From Felis catus (taxonomy: Eukaryota): DNA of 64,000 nt. Of the stretch, positions 63,315 through 64,000 are shown piece by piece. Position 1 is the first letter of the stretch, and every line of letters begins with the position of its first letter. The stretch covers positions 143,036,001 to 143,100,000 of the forward strand of contig NC_058368.1 of NCBI RefSeq assembly GCF_018350175.1, read 5' to 3'. The position numbers and the translations under genes were made by a program. The notes beneath the pieces were generated by a model that saw only the letters and a list, made by a program, of their open reading frames with translations, was not told the origin of the DNA and did not search any database.

Positions 63315-63480
63315 ATGCAGAGTTTGCAGGGTGGTACAGAGGCCATAGCCCGGCTGGATCAGTTAGAAGCTGATTATTATGACCTACAACTTCAGTTGTA
63401 TGAAGTACAGTTTGAAATCCTGAAGTGTGAAGAGTTACTATTGACCGCACAACTGGAAAGCATCAAAAGACTTATATCAG
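63315..63480 (+). CDS. JMY: JMY internal coding exon (probably exon 5), 166 nt, phase 0-1
   Basis: Acceptor ttttcaatgcAG, donor CAG|GTATGG. Encodes MQSLQGGTEAIARLDQLEADYYDLQLQLYEVQFEILKCEELLLTAQLESIKRLIS, which is coiled-coil-like. Confidence 0.95.
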
Positions 63481-63599
63481 GTATGGTGTGCATTCAACCA
63501 CATAAATCCAGGAAAAAAATTAATACATAGGGGAAATACACATAGTCGTCAGCTGGTTCTTCTGTTGAGACTAAGAATGTCTTAACATAAAGCCTTTTA

Positions 63600-63825
63600 T
63601 TTTTTAATTTATTTTTTAATTTTTTTAATGTTTATTTTTGGGAGAGGGAGAAGAGGGAGGGGCCGGGGGGGGGGGCAGAGAGAGCGGGAGACACAGAATC
63701 CGAATCAGGCTCCAGACTGTGAGCTGTCTGCACAGAGCCTGATGCAGGGCTGGAACTCAAGAGCTGTGCGATCATGACCTGAGCTGAAGTCAGACACTGA
63801 ACCGACTGAGCCATCCAGGCGCTCC
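63600..63825 (-). mobile_element. CanSINE about 120 nt downstream of the JMY exon at 63315
   Basis: TSD aacataaa(g/a)cctttta. Confidence 0.9.
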
Positions 63826-64000
63826 AACATAAAACCTTTTAAAGGAGCTCTGAAACTCAAGTTATTTAGTAGACTCAGCAATGCAACTATGCTATTACCT
63901 TTGTAAAATACTCACTTTGTAAGGTTGTTTCAGCCAGAAAAATTTTGAATTTGAGGGATGATGATACTTAACATTTATCGAGCATTTAACTGTGCCACAC

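Noticed and set aside
21435..63480. WHAMM (JMY paralogue) as the gene identity
   Set aside because: The peptides match my recollection of JMY closely. A BLASTP of the spliced 220 aa would settle it.
120..63814. Many similar short ORFs ([16 protein letters not shown]...) suggesting a peptide family or CRISPR-like array
   Set aside because: They are translations of dispersed CanSINEs, irregularly spaced and with individual TSDs.

Overview
This is eukaryotic DNA from a felid (cat family), judged from dense tRNA-derived CanSINEs (SINEC_Fc type) and felid/carnivore LINE-1. The window lies wholly inside one + strand gene, JMY (p53 cofactor and WH2 actin nucleator). Four internal coding exons (21435-21608, 39805-39955, 48129-48298, 63315-63480; probably exons 2-5) splice GT-AG in phase into an open 661-nt frame. 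The rest is intron: more than 50 CanSINEs, several L1 copies (including a young, TSD-flanked, 5'-truncated L1 about 94 nt after the first exon), a near-full-length Tigger1 relic, MER/MIR/L2/LTR relics, microsatellites and an antisense H2AZ1 processed pseudogene. I see no convincing new biological system. Best leads: (1) the H2AZ1 retrocopy lacks a GT...AG-bounded in-frame block ending at a parental exon boundary, possibly a fossil splice isoform; (2) a cryptic two-donor, 78-nt mini-intron module at 35.7-35.9 kb; (3) a SINE-flanked, stop-free 321-nt two-exon circRNA candidate; (4) a duplication with a templated patchwork junction upstream of the first exon. Gene and repeat names are recalled from memory, not from a database search, and old-repeat boundaries are approximate.
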